A stretch of 64,000 nt of DNA from Candidatus Omnitrophota bacterium (GCA_021108075.1 JAIORP010000171.1:68041-132040); one strand, 5' to 3'. Shown: positions 49,581 to 60,169, counted from the stretch's first letter. Translations and numbers: made by a program. The notes: generated by a model from the sequence alone, not told the origin.

Positions 49581-51053
49581 ATGTTTATTGTGATTCATCC
49601 ATTTATAAATAGAATAATAAAATCAAAATTTATCTTTTCTGTCCTGATTATCATGGTCTGCACCTCGCTGGTGTACCTCATCTTCTGGGTCATCCAATTG
49701 AATGACCCTGCCAGATTCAAAGGTAAAGTCTTCGACCGCAGGATCACTACCGAAAAATTTGATGACGTCCGTAAACATCTGCGCCTGCAGGCGCGCTTGC
49801 AATATGGCGAACTTTTTGACTCGGTTGAGGCGTTAATTGATTGGGATGATCAAACATGGGAACAAATCATTCTTTTTGAACAAGCCCGTCAAAAGGGCGT
49901 CCGTGTCCGCAATAAAGAAGTCATTGAACAAATTGCGAAATATCCTTTTTTCCAAAGAAACGGATCCTTTGACTTTTCATATTATAAAATGATTGTTCGT
50001 GGGGTCCTGTATGTCGATCCTAAAGTTTTTGAGGAAAGTGTGCGTGAGGCCCTGATCATCAAAAAACTTTATGACCAGGTCACACAACACATCACCTGCA
50101 GTGATGAGGAAATTCTAAAAGAATACAGGCTTGAACACGAAAAGGCCCAACTCTCTTACCTGCTCATTCCCTTTACAGCCGCCGAGAAAGAAGTATCCGT
50201 CTCAGATCAAGAAGTAAGAAATTATTATGAAAACAATAAAAAAGAGCTCAAAGTCCCTCTTTCGATTAACATTGAATATATTCGCATGGATTACCCGGAA
50301 GAAGGCGGTATTCAAAAACAAGTCGAAACGAAATTCAAGGCCAGGGCGATCTATGACCAATACGCCGAAACCCCCGACCTTAAAACCTTAGCGGAAAAAT
50401 TCAAGTTTTCATTAAAGGAAACCGGATTTTTCACTAAAGACAAACCCAATCGAGACATGGGACTGCAGATCAGTGAAATTTGGCGGACATTCAACATGAA
50501 AAAAAACGAATTGCAATATCCGCTGGAAACCCCTCAAGGCTGGTTGATCCTTCGCGTCAAAGACATTCGGCAAAGCTACACCCCTGATCTTGAAGAGACC
50601 TATGAAACGATTCTCGATACGCTTAAATTTCAATCTCTGGTTGAGCAAACCGTTCAAAAAGCCCGGTCGATCACTGATGACATCTCACGAAACGGAGCCA
50701 CACCATCAATCAAAGCCATACAGGCCATCGCAAAAACGTCTCCGTCATACACGTTAAAAGACAGTCCTTTCTTACCGATCAACCAACTCATTGCGTACTT
50801 AGGAACCGCGCCCTCGCATACAGACATCCTTGCCGGGCTAAACGCTCAAGCCATCTTACTCCCTCCGATCCAAACATCCGAAGGAATCTGCCTGGCGCTC
50901 GTCATCCAATATCAACCGATTGATATGGATGAATATCTTAAAAATAAAAATTCTTTTCTATATGAACAGCTTGAGCAAAAGAAAAAAGCTGAATTCAATC
51001 AGTACAGCCAGGAACTGAAAGAAAAAGCGAACCTCCAATTGATCGTCCACTAA
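49581..51053 (+). CDS. membrane-anchored periplasmic SurA-N/PpiD-like chaperone-domain protein (no recognisable parvulin domain)
   Basis: N-terminal TM helix then an alpha-helical domain with SurA_N-like composition; no PPIase signature. Confidence 0.35.
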   Translation: MFIVIHPFINRIIKSKFIFSVLIIMVCTSLVYLIFWVIQLNDPARFKGKVFDRRITTEKFDDVRKHLRLQARLQYGELFDSVEALIDWDDQTWEQIILFEQARQKGVRVRNKEVIEQIAKYPFFQRNGSFDFSYYKMIVRGVLYVDPKVFEESVREALIIKKLYDQVTQHITCSDEEILKEYRLEHEKAQLSYLLIPFTAAEKEVSVSDQEVRNYYENNKKELKVPLSINIEYIRMDYPEEGGIQKQVETKFKARAIYDQYAETPDLKTLAEKFKFSLKETGFFTKDKPNRDMGLQISEIWRTFNMKKNELQYPLETPQGWLILRVKDIRQSYTPDLEETYETILDTLKFQSLVEQTVQKARSITDDISRNGATPSIKAIQAIAKTSPSYTLKDSPFLPINQLIAYLGTAPSHTDILAGLNAQAILLPPIQTSEGICLALVIQYQPIDMDEYLKNKNSFLYEQLEQKKKAEFNQYSQELKEKANLQLIVH

Positions 51054-51183
51054 CGGATTTGTCCCATCCATGACTTTAAAATTTTCAAACAAAATGAGAA
51101 TAAAGTCAGTAAAAAAGCCCTTCAAGTCATAATAATTTTTCATTCTTCTGATATAATCTTGCCATCACACATAAACAGCAACA

Positions 51184-51645
51184 ATGATGAACCTTGCTGC
51201 GCCTTTGACCTGGAGAACAATCATGCTCAAAAAAATACTGAAAAATCTCTTTACGACTAACGATGCCGGACATAAGACCTTTAAGATCATGATCATTGAA
51301 CCACAGGACAAGACGATCAATCTATTCCGGCAGAGTCTGGAAAAAAACTATTGCATCCATTTTGCTTTAAATGGGAAAGAAGGAGTGAAGGTTGCCAATA
51401 CAGTACAGCCTGATTTCATATTTATCAACAATCAGCTGCCCGACATGACGGGATGTGAAGTTTGTAGCCAATTAAAAACGCAGACAAAATTCCACGATAT
51501 TCCAATAATTATGATCTTCTCGCAGGTCACGCCCGCAACAATCATAACATGCTATGAATCCGGGGCGGATAGTTATCTGACTCAACCTGTTGGGTCACGA
51601 GACATAAAAAATCAAGTTGAAGTGTTTATTGCCGAAAAAGAATAG
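51184..51645 (+). CDS. stand-alone atypical receiver (REC) domain protein
   Basis: (beta-alpha)5 CheY-like pattern. The phospho-acceptor position reads FIFINNQLPDMTG (Asp replaced by Asn), D13 by Pro, and K109 by Gln. Confidence 0.55.
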   Translation: MMNLAAPLTWRTIMLKKILKNLFTTNDAGHKTFKIMIIEPQDKTINLFRQSLEKNYCIHFALNGKEGVKVANTVQPDFIFINNQLPDMTGCEVCSQLKTQTKFHDIPIIMIFSQVTPATIITCYESGADSYLTQPVGSRDIKNQVEVFIAEKE

Positions 51646-51656
51646 TGGAGAAAAAA

Positions 51657-52064
51657 TCAATGCTCTTCAAATTTTTCTTTCCAAAGCAATTTAATAATAT
51701 CCGCCCTGGAAACAATACCCTTCAAACAACCATCCGAAACGATGGGAACCCGTCTAAATGGTTTATCCATCAAAAATTTACAAATCTCGTTGACATCAAC
51801 ATCCGGTTCAAATATCGCCACGTCCTTTGTCATAAAATCTTCGGCTTTCATTGTTAAAAGATCACTGCCGCTGGCTAGCAGCAAATGCATGACATCTTTT
51901 TCTGATATAACCCCCAGCAACTTCTTGTTTTCATCAACAACCGGAACACCAGTAATTTTTCTAATAGCCAGAATTTTTACAACCATCGATATCGGCGTCT
52001 CAGGGCCAACGACCAGCACATCTTTTACCATGATCTTTTCAACTTCCATTATTGCCTCCTTCAC
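51657..52064 (-). CDS. CBS-domain pair protein
   Basis: Two CBS repeats (VKDVLVVGPETPI...; MTKDVAIFEPD...). Confidence 0.7.
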   Translation of the reverse strand: MKEAIMEVEKIMVKDVLVVGPETPISMVVKILAIRKITGVPVVDENKKLLGVISEKDVMHLLLASGSDLLTMKAEDFMTKDVAIFEPDVDVNEICKFLMDKPFRRVPIVSDGCLKGIVSRADIIKLLWKEKFEEH

Positions 52065-52089
52065 TTCGATATGTAATATAGTTATTATA

Positions 52090-52191
52090 TACCAAATCCA
52101 TTAATAAATTGTTCTATCTTAATTCTGATATTCTCGCTAAATCGTCGAGAAAAGCAGAATTGATTTTGGTCATTATTTAATGGAATTGGTA
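52090..52191 (+). mobile_element. MITE-like element, subtype C (102 bp)
   Basis: Near-exact reverse complement of the copy at 3905-4006, including the internal TATTCTCGCTAAATCGTCGAGAA segment. Flanks are ATA/TTA. Confidence 0.8.
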
Positions 52192-52290
52192 TTATTATAC
52201 ATGTAGCGCTATATTTCAAAATGAATATTATAATATTTTTCAATTGCCAGGAACCTCCAGGTTTAACCCGACAGTCCACAGCCAACAAGA

Positions 52291-52854
52291 TCAACGGATT
52301 CCATCATAAACATACGCCTTGTTTTCGTTTGGCAAAAGAAATCCAATTAACGCGATTCTCATCTGATCATTAACTTGAACAACTCCAAAAGAATAGACCA
52401 CGTCCTCTTTTCTTTTCGAAATGTAATAAGACATAACCGCATGATATTCCAGGAGGGCGTTTCGGGTCAACACCTCCTGATCACTCGGAAATTGACGTTC
52501 TTTATAATAATCCGTTATCTGAAATTCCCATTCACGGCCGTATTGACTTCGAAAATGGTCGAGATACTCCATTAACTCAATGAGGGTTATCTCGTCTTTC
52601 AATTGATCAGAAAACAAATCATAGGCCTCTACAAAGTGCTCCTGCCCGATGAAATCATGAAATCTCCGAATAAATTCATCAATGGCCCGCCCATCGGCCT
52701 TGGAAACGATTCCGTATAACCGTTGCTGCCGGTGAAAACGGATTCCCGTGTGATAAATGCTTCTTTTTCCCGTTGATACAACCGGCATTGTCTGTCGCGT
52801 CGCGCAACCAAATAGAAATAAAGAAAGCAATATCAGAAAAAAAAAGTGTTTCAC
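52291..52854 (-). CDS. hypothetical lipoprotein
   Basis: Lipobox LFLFGC after the signal peptide; no recognisable domain. Confidence 0.35.
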   Translation of the reverse strand: MKHFFFLILLSLFLFGCATRQTMPVVSTGKRSIYHTGIRFHRQQRLYGIVSKADGRAIDEFIRRFHDFIGQEHFVEAYDLFSDQLKDEITLIELMEYLDHFRSQYGREWEFQITDYYKERQFPSDQEVLTRNALLEYHAVMSYYISKRKEDVVYSFGVVQVNDQMRIALIGFLLPNENKAYVYDGIR

Positions 52855-53189
52855 GCGTCCAGTATGCTCCCTTGTTTAAAATCAGATTCATCCATTAATG
52901 ACGTCAATTTCTTCTTGTAACGGTCAAAACACTGACGGAGAATATCGTCAATGGACGCATCATGCTCTAATAACAACTCAAAACACAGAATCAATAAATC
53001 TCCTGTTTCAACCAATCCATGCTTGTCCTCACGGCTTAACAATTCCTGGATTTCGTCAACATGATGCCGCATCAAGTCTAACAAACGTTCCTGATGCCCC
53101 ACCTGTACTGTTTTATTGTATTCAAGGGATAGTTTATGAATATAGCGGAGTTCACTTAAAGCTTCTGACGATATCACCGGCGGATTCAT
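52851..53189 (-). CDS. MazG-like nucleotide pyrophosphohydrolase-domain protein (tentative)
   Basis: EIQELL...ETGDLLILCFELLLEH resembles the MazG EExxE...E(x)xD helix pair. Confidence 0.3.
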   Translation of the reverse strand: MNPPVISSEALSELRYIHKLSLEYNKTVQVGHQERLLDLMRHHVDEIQELLSREDKHGLVETGDLLILCFELLLEHDASIDDILRQCFDRYKKKLTSLMDESDFKQGSILDA

Positions 53190-53209
53190 GCGCCTCCATT
53201 CTTAAAATA

Positions 53210-54802
53210 TTATTTATGATAATGGGTCCCCTGCATAAGCCCAAAAACGATAATGGCAAAGGGAACCAGCATCAAACACATTAAGACAACCCGCTTCTGC
53301 AAAGATGTTAAATATAATTGCTCAACTTTCATCAAGGATTTCTCAGGCAAAAAAAGCTTGTAGTCCAATTCTGATAACCACCGCACCATATTTAAGCCCA
53401 TTTCGGCATTGCTGTAATGCCCGATGTAAGCATTACTAATGAAGTCCACATCCGTCATAATAATTAAGCGGGTGTCGGAATGTTTCTCTGCGCTTTTCGG
53501 TTCCCAGGCAACGAAAGAAAAAGGAACCGGCCCGGGGAAATCAATGCCCTTGTCATATTTTATCCTTAACATTCGGTCTGTCTCTCCCCAGCTTAAATTC
53601 TCAGAGGATGCGGTTAAAACAAGCGGAGCGATCTTGACGTTCGGACGGCGGTCTTCTAAAATCTTGATAGATCGGGGTCTAATATAGAATGTATAATCCA
53701 ACTGATCGACGATAGCACGATGGGACATATAATTGCGGGTGGCCGGACTACCGACATCACCGCTGGCATGACTAACGGTATCCACAACAATGTCCCGTAA
53801 GACAATCAGTCCCCAATCCTGAATGATCTCGTTCAAAGACGGATTTTTTCTTTTTTCTTCTTCTGTTAAAGGCTTATCCTGTGTTGTGATCACCGTATGT
53901 TCAACCAACAAAAGGGCGTCTCCTCCTGCCCGTAAATATTTCTTGATTGTTGCCGTCTCATCCGCTGATAGATCATCCGTTGGCCCGGCTACGACCAAAA
54001 GATCACAATCTTTTGGCAATTGATCTCTCGAACCGATCACAATTTCTTTGACCATAAAATTGTTCGCGACTAAAAGCGAAGCAAAGATGCTTAATCCACT
54101 CTCCTTCTCTTTTAACAGCGGCCTTTCGCCATGACCTGTCAGAAAATACACCTGCCGCACAGGACGTGTGACGCGGACAATCGCATTGGAAACAACCTCT
54201 TCATCAAGAGCTTCCCGGGTAAAATCAAATTCCTGCTTTTCCTGACCGGATTGAACAATGATTCGTTTTTGATTGCTATCAATAATTTGGCCAAACTGGG
54301 CAACATGCCCGAGATCCACTAAAGGATCAATAATATCAAAATGGATCCGTCCGTTCGATAATCGCGCATACTCTCTTAAAAAATCTTCGATATATTTCGG
54401 TGGTATCCCCTTCAGGATGACAGTGATATTGACATCCTTATCCAGGGAATCCAGCACTTGAACCGTCTGCCGGGTCAGGGTGTGTTGCTTCAGTTTTGTC
54501 ACATCCCACCGGATATCATTTTTTTGCGCCCAGTAATTAAGTCCAATCATGACGAACAGTGTTGCAACGATAAGAAAAAAAATATGAACACATTTCTTCA
54601 CAAGGGCCATGGAAATGCGCTTAGAGCGCCCCATAGAAGAGCGGATCATTCCGACAACGAAAAGAATAAGGCCGCAAAGAAAAAGGACATAAAACAGGAA
54701 TGCACATCCCCGCGTGATGACATAAAGACCACAGGCGATGAATAAAAACATCAAACCCAGCAACAAAAATATTTGTTTCGAAAAAACTCTATTTATTCCC
54801 AT
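53210..54802 (-). CDS. GldG-like ABC transporter auxiliary component
   Basis: N-terminal and C-terminal TM anchors with a large extracytoplasmic GldG/ABC-type-uncharacterised-transport domain; follows the ABC ATPase and ABC-2 permease genes. Confidence 0.6.
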   Translation of the reverse strand: MGINRVFSKQIFLLLGLMFLFIACGLYVITRGCAFLFYVLFLCGLILFVVGMIRSSMGRSKRISMALVKKCVHIFFLIVATLFVMIGLNYWAQKNDIRWDVTKLKQHTLTRQTVQVLDSLDKDVNITVILKGIPPKYIEDFLREYARLSNGRIHFDIIDPLVDLGHVAQFGQIIDSNQKRIIVQSGQEKQEFDFTREALDEEVVSNAIVRVTRPVRQVYFLTGHGERPLLKEKESGLSIFASLLVANNFMVKEIVIGSRDQLPKDCDLLVVAGPTDDLSADETATIKKYLRAGGDALLLVEHTVITTQDKPLTEEEKRKNPSLNEIIQDWGLIVLRDIVVDTVSHASGDVGSPATRNYMSHRAIVDQLDYTFYIRPRSIKILEDRRPNVKIAPLVLTASSENLSWGETDRMLRIKYDKGIDFPGPVPFSFVAWEPKSAEKHSDTRLIIMTDVDFISNAYIGHYSNAEMGLNMVRWLSELDYKLFLPEKSLMKVEQLYLTSLQKRVVLMCLMLVPFAIIVFGLMQGTHYHK

Positions 54803-55503
54803 AACTTTTTATCAATACTGACACACGTCAATAATAAACACATGACTATTCCGCTCGCATAATACACAAAATCGGCTAAAGAGAATAGTCCGATACTAAA
54901 ATTATCAAAATGTGTCATCGTGCATAACTGCCGCAAGAACTCGGCCATCGCACCTTGAAAATAGGTGGTTACGCTTGCGGAGAAATACAAAATAAATAAT
55001 AATAAATACGTTGTGATTGCCGCGATCATTTGACTGCTCGTCCACGACGAGACCAGAATCCCGATGGCGATAAACAAACCGCCTTCTAATAACACACCTA
55101 AATAACCCGTCATAACAGCGGACAGGTCTGGATTCCCGAATATTTCTATTAGCACATAGTATATTCCCGTCAAACCGACTAAGACTGAGAAAAAAGTGAA
55201 CACGCCCAAAAACTTGCCTAAAACGATGGTTAGATGCGACGTTGGTGTTGTCAACAGAAATTCCATCGTCCCACTCAACTTCTCCCCGGCAAAAGTCTTC
55301 ATGGTTAAAATCGGAACAATAAACACAAACATAAATTCCATGACCTTAAAAACATCCCTTAAACTTGCCTCTTGATTATGATCAATGATGAGATAAAAAA
55401 AGAAATGAAAAACAGATATCGTAATGCATAAAATAACATACGCCAGGGGGGATCGAAACAACGTGGCTAATTCTTTCTTTATGATAATAAAAACTTTAGA
55501 CAT
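54793..55503 (-). CDS. ABC-2 family permease (GldF-like)
   Basis: Six TM helices, ABC-2 topology, between the ATPase and GldG-like genes. Confidence 0.6.
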   Translation of the reverse strand: MSKVFIIIKKELATLFRSPLAYVILCITISVFHFFFYLIIDHNQEASLRDVFKVMEFMFVFIVPILTMKTFAGEKLSGTMEFLLTTPTSHLTIVLGKFLGVFTFFSVLVGLTGIYYVLIEIFGNPDLSAVMTGYLGVLLEGGLFIAIGILVSSWTSSQMIAAITTYLLLFILYFSASVTTYFQGAMAEFLRQLCTMTHFDNFSIGLFSLADFVYYASGIVMCLLLTCVSIDKKLWE

Positions 55504-55515
55504 ACATCCGCCAGC

Positions 55516-56442
55516 CTATTTTCGGTTATAGGTTAAAAATACATCTTCCAAAGAGTGTTTGACCGTATCGACGGCGAGAATCTCTACCTGCTCACGCAAC
55601 AATTGTTCAAATAGCTTGTTGCCGTTCGATAAAGAGATGTCCTGGCGCAGCACGCAACAGACGCCATCAGCCCCGGCCTCAAACGCTTCTATTTCTACGC
55701 CCGCATGCTCTTTTAAAATCGTTTCAATTCTTGCGGGGTCACCTCTTAATCTTAACTTTAATTTATGCCTATTCTCTCCACCGGAAGTTAATTCTTCGAT
55801 GGCAGCATCGGCAACGATCTTCCCCGAACGTAAAATGATGACGCGTTGGGCCATCTGCTCAATCTCAGACAAAATATGCGTGCTTAATAATACCGTCCGT
55901 TTTTTTTCTAGACTTTTGATCAACTGACGAACTTCCAAAATCTGGCAAGGATCAAGCCCCACTGTCGGTTCATCCAAAATAAGAATGTCAGGATCGTTAA
56001 TAATAGCCTGTGCAATCCCAACCCGCTGGCAGTATCCCTTGGATAATGTGGCAATAACCTTATTTTGGACATCCCTTAACTGACACTGATCCAGGACTTT
56101 CTCCAATTGCCGTCGTTGATTCTTTCGAACAACATTTTTTAAATGAACGGCAAACATTAAAAACTCATTTACCGTCATGTGTGGGTATAAGGGTGGATTC
56201 TCGGAAAGATAACCGATCTTCTCTCGCAGATGGATTGTATTCTTAGAGATTAAAACATTATCTATATACAACGCCCCATCAGACATTTTAGAATAATTCG
56301 TTAAAATACGCATCAAGGTGGTCTTTCCTGCGCCATTGTGACCTAAGAAGCCAACAATTTCACCCTCCTGGATTTCAAAAGAGATGTCATGCAGAACATG
56401 CTGGGAACCATACCATTTATGTATATTTTTAGCTCTGATCAT
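55516..56442 (-). CDS. ABC transporter ATP-binding protein (GldA-like)
   Basis: Walker A GHNGAGKTT, signature LSKGYCQR, Walker B ILILDEP, and H-loop. Confidence 0.85.
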   Translation of the reverse strand: MIRAKNIHKWYGSQHVLHDISFEIQEGEIVGFLGHNGAGKTTLMRILTNYSKMSDGALYIDNVLISKNTIHLREKIGYLSENPPLYPHMTVNEFLMFAVHLKNVVRKNQRRQLEKVLDQCQLRDVQNKVIATLSKGYCQRVGIAQAIINDPDILILDEPTVGLDPCQILEVRQLIKSLEKKRTVLLSTHILSEIEQMAQRVIILRSGKIVADAAIEELTSGGENRHKLKLRLRGDPARIETILKEHAGVEIEAFEAGADGVCCVLRQDISLSNGNKLFEQLLREQVEILAVDTVKHSLEDVFLTYNRK

Positions 56443-56474
56443 AAAAATGACAAATCGTAATATTGCAAGTTTTA

Positions 56475-56575
56475 TACCAAATCCATTAAATAATTGTCCT
56501 ATTTGAACACCAATATTCTCGTTTAAACGTCGAGAATATCATACTGACTTTGGCAATTATTTAATGAATTTGGTA
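56475..56575 (-). mobile_element. MITE-like element, subtype B (101 bp)
   Basis: Reverse complement of the 62426 copy, with central palindrome AATATTCTCGTTTAAACGTCGAGAATAT. TSD is TTA/TTA. Confidence 0.8.
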
Positions 56576-57430
56576 TTATAAATTGTTTATGGATCTAAAA
56601 ATGGAAGAATAATCCTGATCCTCTAATCCCATTTCTAAACTTTTTCTGATGACATTTGTTAATGCGCGCATTAATTGTGTATCAATGTTCTGCTCTTGGG
56701 CTTCTTTAATAATTAAAGACACGTCTTTTAACAGGTGTTTGGTTGGGAAATTCGGATTCGAGAAATCACGTTTGATCCATCCTTCAAATTTTTTATCATA
56801 CATCGGAGCGTACAATGAACTTTTTTTAAGAATCGTATTAAAGACCTCGACCGGAACGCCTTTTTTCTCAACCATGCCCAAGCTAAAAGAAAAAGCATAC
56901 GCATGGGCAGCAATCAGATGATTCAATGCTAACTTAATGGTTGCGGCCATACCCACTTGACCGATGTAAAAAGACGGGCCTAAAACATCCAGATAATCTT
57001 TTTGTGCCTGATACAGGCCAGAATCCCCGCCAACCATGATCAGCAGGGCGCCCTTGCTTGTTTCATTTCGGCTCCCTAATACTGGGGCTTCAAGGTATTC
57101 CCCTCCTTTAGACCTAATATATTCGTCCAGGTCAACACTTTCTTTCGAGGTAATGGTACCCATCTGAAGGATCAACTTATTCTCAAAAACCAAATCATCC
57201 TTTTTGATAAGCGCATCAATCGCGCGCTTTTCGGATAAGACCAATAAAATCCTATCTGAATGTTCCAACGCAACGCGAATATTATCCGCCACATGGATAC
57301 CCATGGCGCTTAATTTAAGCGCCTTCTCTTTCGTCCGGTTATAGACCATAAGGTCAAAACCTTGCTGTGATAAACGCCGCGCAATGGCACTGCCTAAAGT
57401 TCCTGTTCCAATAAGAGTTAATTTTTTCAT
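56576..57430 (-). CDS. NAD(P)-dependent 3-hydroxyisobutyrate/6-phosphogluconate dehydrogenase-family oxidoreductase
   Basis: N-terminal Rossmann LIGTGTLGSAIARRL and a HIBADH-family C-terminal helical domain. Confidence 0.7.
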   Translation of the reverse strand: MKKLTLIGTGTLGSAIARRLSQQGFDLMVYNRTKEKALKLSAMGIHVADNIRVALEHSDRILLVLSEKRAIDALIKKDDLVFENKLILQMGTITSKESVDLDEYIRSKGGEYLEAPVLGSRNETSKGALLIMVGGDSGLYQAQKDYLDVLGPSFYIGQVGMAATIKLALNHLIAAHAYAFSFSLGMVEKKGVPVEVFNTILKKSSLYAPMYDKKFEGWIKRDFSNPNFPTKHLLKDVSLIIKEAQEQNIDTQLMRALTNVIRKSLEMGLEDQDYSSIFRSINNL

Positions 57431-58077
57431 TTTAAATATTTTTTAATAACATCATAAATGCGTTCGGCGATCATCTCGTTCCCACGTTCATCGGGATGGA
57501 GCCAATCGACCTTATTTAACGGATGCCCCCAAATGTTTTCCATAACATCGGGGACGAGCAGGGTATTATATGCTTCTGAAAGATTATAATACCCCTCCAG
57601 ATATTTATTTCTCATTTTCCGGTTATTAAACGAAACAATGCAAACCATCGCTCCAAAATCATGAATTTTATCGATCATCTCCGAAATATGCTTATGTGTT
57701 TGATCATAGGGAACACCTTGATAAAAATCATTTGTGCCTAAAAAAATGACCACAAGTCGGGGCTCCTGGCTTAAAACATCCTGAAACAGCCTCTCGAGGG
57801 CATCAGCGCTCGTATCACCATTCACACCGGAGTTAACAACCTCAATATTTTTTCTCAACATTCCAGTCAAATAAGCGGGGTAGGTGTTTTCGCGGTTGAC
57901 GCCTATCCCCAATGTCAGGCTATCGCCAAAACAAATGATTCTTTCTCCATCAGAATCCATATTGGTAATTTTTTTTGCGCAACTGCACACGCTGACTGAT
58001 AAGACCATGAACAAAAAAATAAAAATAAAATTTTTGGTTTTCATTTCTTTCAACCTTAATACAATCAAATGTCCCAT
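57427..58077 (-). CDS. secreted SGNH/GDSL hydrolase
   Basis: Signal peptide, catalytic GDSLT block, GxND block (GTNDF) and DxxH (DERGNEMIAERIY region). Confidence 0.7.
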   Translation of the reverse strand: MGHLIVLRLKEMKTKNFIFIFLFMVLSVSVCSCAKKITNMDSDGERIICFGDSLTLGIGVNRENTYPAYLTGMLRKNIEVVNSGVNGDTSADALERLFQDVLSQEPRLVVIFLGTNDFYQGVPYDQTHKHISEMIDKIHDFGAMVCIVSFNNRKMRNKYLEGYYNLSEAYNTLLVPDVMENIWGHPLNKVDWLHPDERGNEMIAERIYDVIKKYLK

Positions 58078-58104
58078 CCCTGACCTGATGACAACACATC
58101 CATT

Positions 58105-58629
58105 CTAAACGAAGTGATGCCGGATATGATAAGCAGCAATACCGAAAGCAACCGAAACATTAAGAGAATTTTTAATCCCTTTCATATAAATATCTATCGC
58201 ATCATCAACAAAAGGCAAAAGTTCCTCACTGATACCATCGATCTCATTGCCAACGACTAAACAAACTGGTTTTCGGGGGATAAAATCATAATAATCATAA
58301 CATTGATCAGTTTGCTCTAATATAACAATCTGATAATTTTGTTGTTTTAATTCTTCCACAACAGAAAGAACATCCCGCGCGTACTCCCAGTCGACGCGGT
58401 CTTCTGCCCCAATGGCTGTTTTGCTGATCTGTGATTGAGGCGGATAACCTGTTATACCACATAACCACAATTTTCGAATGCCCACGCCATCACACGTCCG
58501 AAAGATGGACCCCACATTATGCAAACTACGGATATCGTTCAAGACAACATCAAAAGAAAGCAACGGTTCTGACTGACGAATAGATTGACGATTGACGATT
58601 TCCTCATGTGTGAACTTTTTCATAAACAA
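58105..58629 (-). CDS. SpoU/TrmH-family RNA 2'-O-methyltransferase
   Basis: SPOUT motifs NVGSIFRT, LVVGNEIDGISEE and IYMKGIKNSLNVSVAFGI. Confidence 0.75.
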   Translation of the reverse strand: MFMKKFTHEEIVNRQSIRQSEPLLSFDVVLNDIRSLHNVGSIFRTCDGVGIRKLWLCGITGYPPQSQISKTAIGAEDRVDWEYARDVLSVVEELKQQNYQIVILEQTDQCYDYYDFIPRKPVCLVVGNEIDGISEELLPFVDDAIDIYMKGIKNSLNVSVAFGIAAYHIRHHFV

Positions 58630-58632
58630 TAA

Positions 58633-59022
58633 CTAATCCGTATGACTTTGAACCTGGTTAAGAATATAACGCAGAATATCTCTTCGGCTGACCACCCCAA
58701 GAACTTTTTTGTCCTCAACAATCGGCACACGTAATATATTCTTTTGAATTAAAATATGGCTGATCTCTTTAATCGGCGTGTCCTGCGGAACGCTGATAAC
58801 ATCCCGGTTAACATAATCGCGGATCGGTGCCTTGACCTGACCGAGAAAATCATATGCGACGATAAGATCTTTCCCCGAAAGCACACCGAATATTTCATTA
58901 TTCTCATCTGTCACGATTAATCCGCTAATTTCAATCTCAACTAATAACTTAATAGCGTCTTTGATTAATATTGAAGGTAAAACGGTTAAAACTTGTGTTG
59001 TCATGATGTCTTTTGCTAGCAT
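58633..59022 (-). CDS. CBS-domain pair protein
   Basis: Two CBS repeats. Confidence 0.7.
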   Translation of the reverse strand: MLAKDIMTTQVLTVLPSILIKDAIKLLVEIEISGLIVTDENNEIFGVLSGKDLIVAYDFLGQVKAPIRDYVNRDVISVPQDTPIKEISHILIQKNILRVPIVEDKKVLGVVSRRDILRYILNQVQSHTD

Positions 59023-59168
59023 ATTCCTCCTCTTTTTAAACTATGATAATACCCAAGATATAATCTGAATTCAATAAAATAAATTCCGGACATTCTCAAA
59101 AAAAGCCGTTCCTGCTTTCGCCATGTTGCTCTGATAAATCGGGCGTTCGCGAATTAAAATCAACGAAC

Positions 59169-60029
59169 CTAGGTTAGGATCTTATGGATCTCTTCTAACA
59201 AATGGGCACAATCTCTTGTCTTGGCACAGTAAGCATCCGATCCTGCTTCCCGCGCCTTCTTTGCGTCAACAGCTTCAATCAAACCAGTAATAATAATAAC
59301 TTTCCCTTGATAATTTTCAATCTTTTTTATCTTCGAACATGTTTCAAACCCGTCAATACCTGTCAGTTGGGTATCCACTAAAACAATCTCCGGTTTTTGT
59401 TGCTCGACAAATGCAATCCCGTCTTCACCTGATGCTTCCAAAAAAACCTCAAAAAAACCCGCTTGATTTAATAAACGCCGCAACAACTTTTGGTCCTGGG
59501 GATTGTCGTCAATAACAAGAATTCTGGTGCGATGGGTAACGTCCTTAGACTCTTCACGCATTGATTTAGGCAATTTATTAACGATATGCCAATAAAAATT
59601 AAAGGTATCCACAACCTTCACAAACTCATCGTAAATAACAGGTTTGGGAATATAACTACTGGCGCCATACCCATAACTCCGCAAAACATCTTCGTCATTT
59701 TTTGAAGACGTCAGCATAACCACAGGAATTGTTTTTAAATCATTATCCGCTTTGATTCTATTTAAGACTTCAAATCCATCCATTTTAGGCATATTGATGT
59801 CCAGCAGAATAATACCCGGCCGAGGGCTCCTGCGCTTATCCTTAAAGGCACCACGGTTATACAGAAAGTCCAACGCCTCCATACCGTCAGTAACAACAAA
59901 AACATTATTCTTCAACCTTGCTTTCTCAAAGGCGCGCAATGAAATTTTAATATCAGCTTCATTATCATCAATTAATAGGATATTAATCGCGGCAACCGAT
60001 GAATCCCTCTTCATGTCCTCATCCTTCAT
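59169..60029 (-). CDS. response regulator with two tandem canonical receiver domains and no output domain
   Basis: REC1: LLIDDNE...ILLDINMPKMDG...MLTSS...IPKP. REC2: LVIDDNPQD...LVDTQLTGIDG...IIITG...CAKT. Confidence 0.7.
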   Translation of the reverse strand: MKDEDMKRDSSVAAINILLIDDNEADIKISLRAFEKARLKNNVFVVTDGMEALDFLYNRGAFKDKRRSPRPGIILLDINMPKMDGFEVLNRIKADNDLKTIPVVMLTSSKNDEDVLRSYGYGASSYIPKPVIYDEFVKVVDTFNFYWHIVNKLPKSMREESKDVTHRTRILVIDDNPQDQKLLRRLLNQAGFFEVFLEASGEDGIAFVEQQKPEIVLVDTQLTGIDGFETCSKIKKIENYQGKVIIITGLIEAVDAKKAREAGSDAYCAKTRDCAHLLEEIHKILT

Positions 60030-60169
60030 ACTTCTCTCCTATTTAAGGTTCAACATATATTTCATTCATCTCAATCATAACTTATTACATTCAAATAAAA
60101 AACAATATATTTATCAACCCACAGGTTCACTTCTTTTTATAAAAAGCGTTATCTATACCGGCGCGGGCA

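Noticed and set aside
51152-51157. TATAAT -10 hexamer 27 nt upstream of the atypical REC gene
   Set aside because: No acceptable -35 element at 16-18 bp spacing; a lone hexamer in AT-rich DNA is not sufficient to call a promoter.
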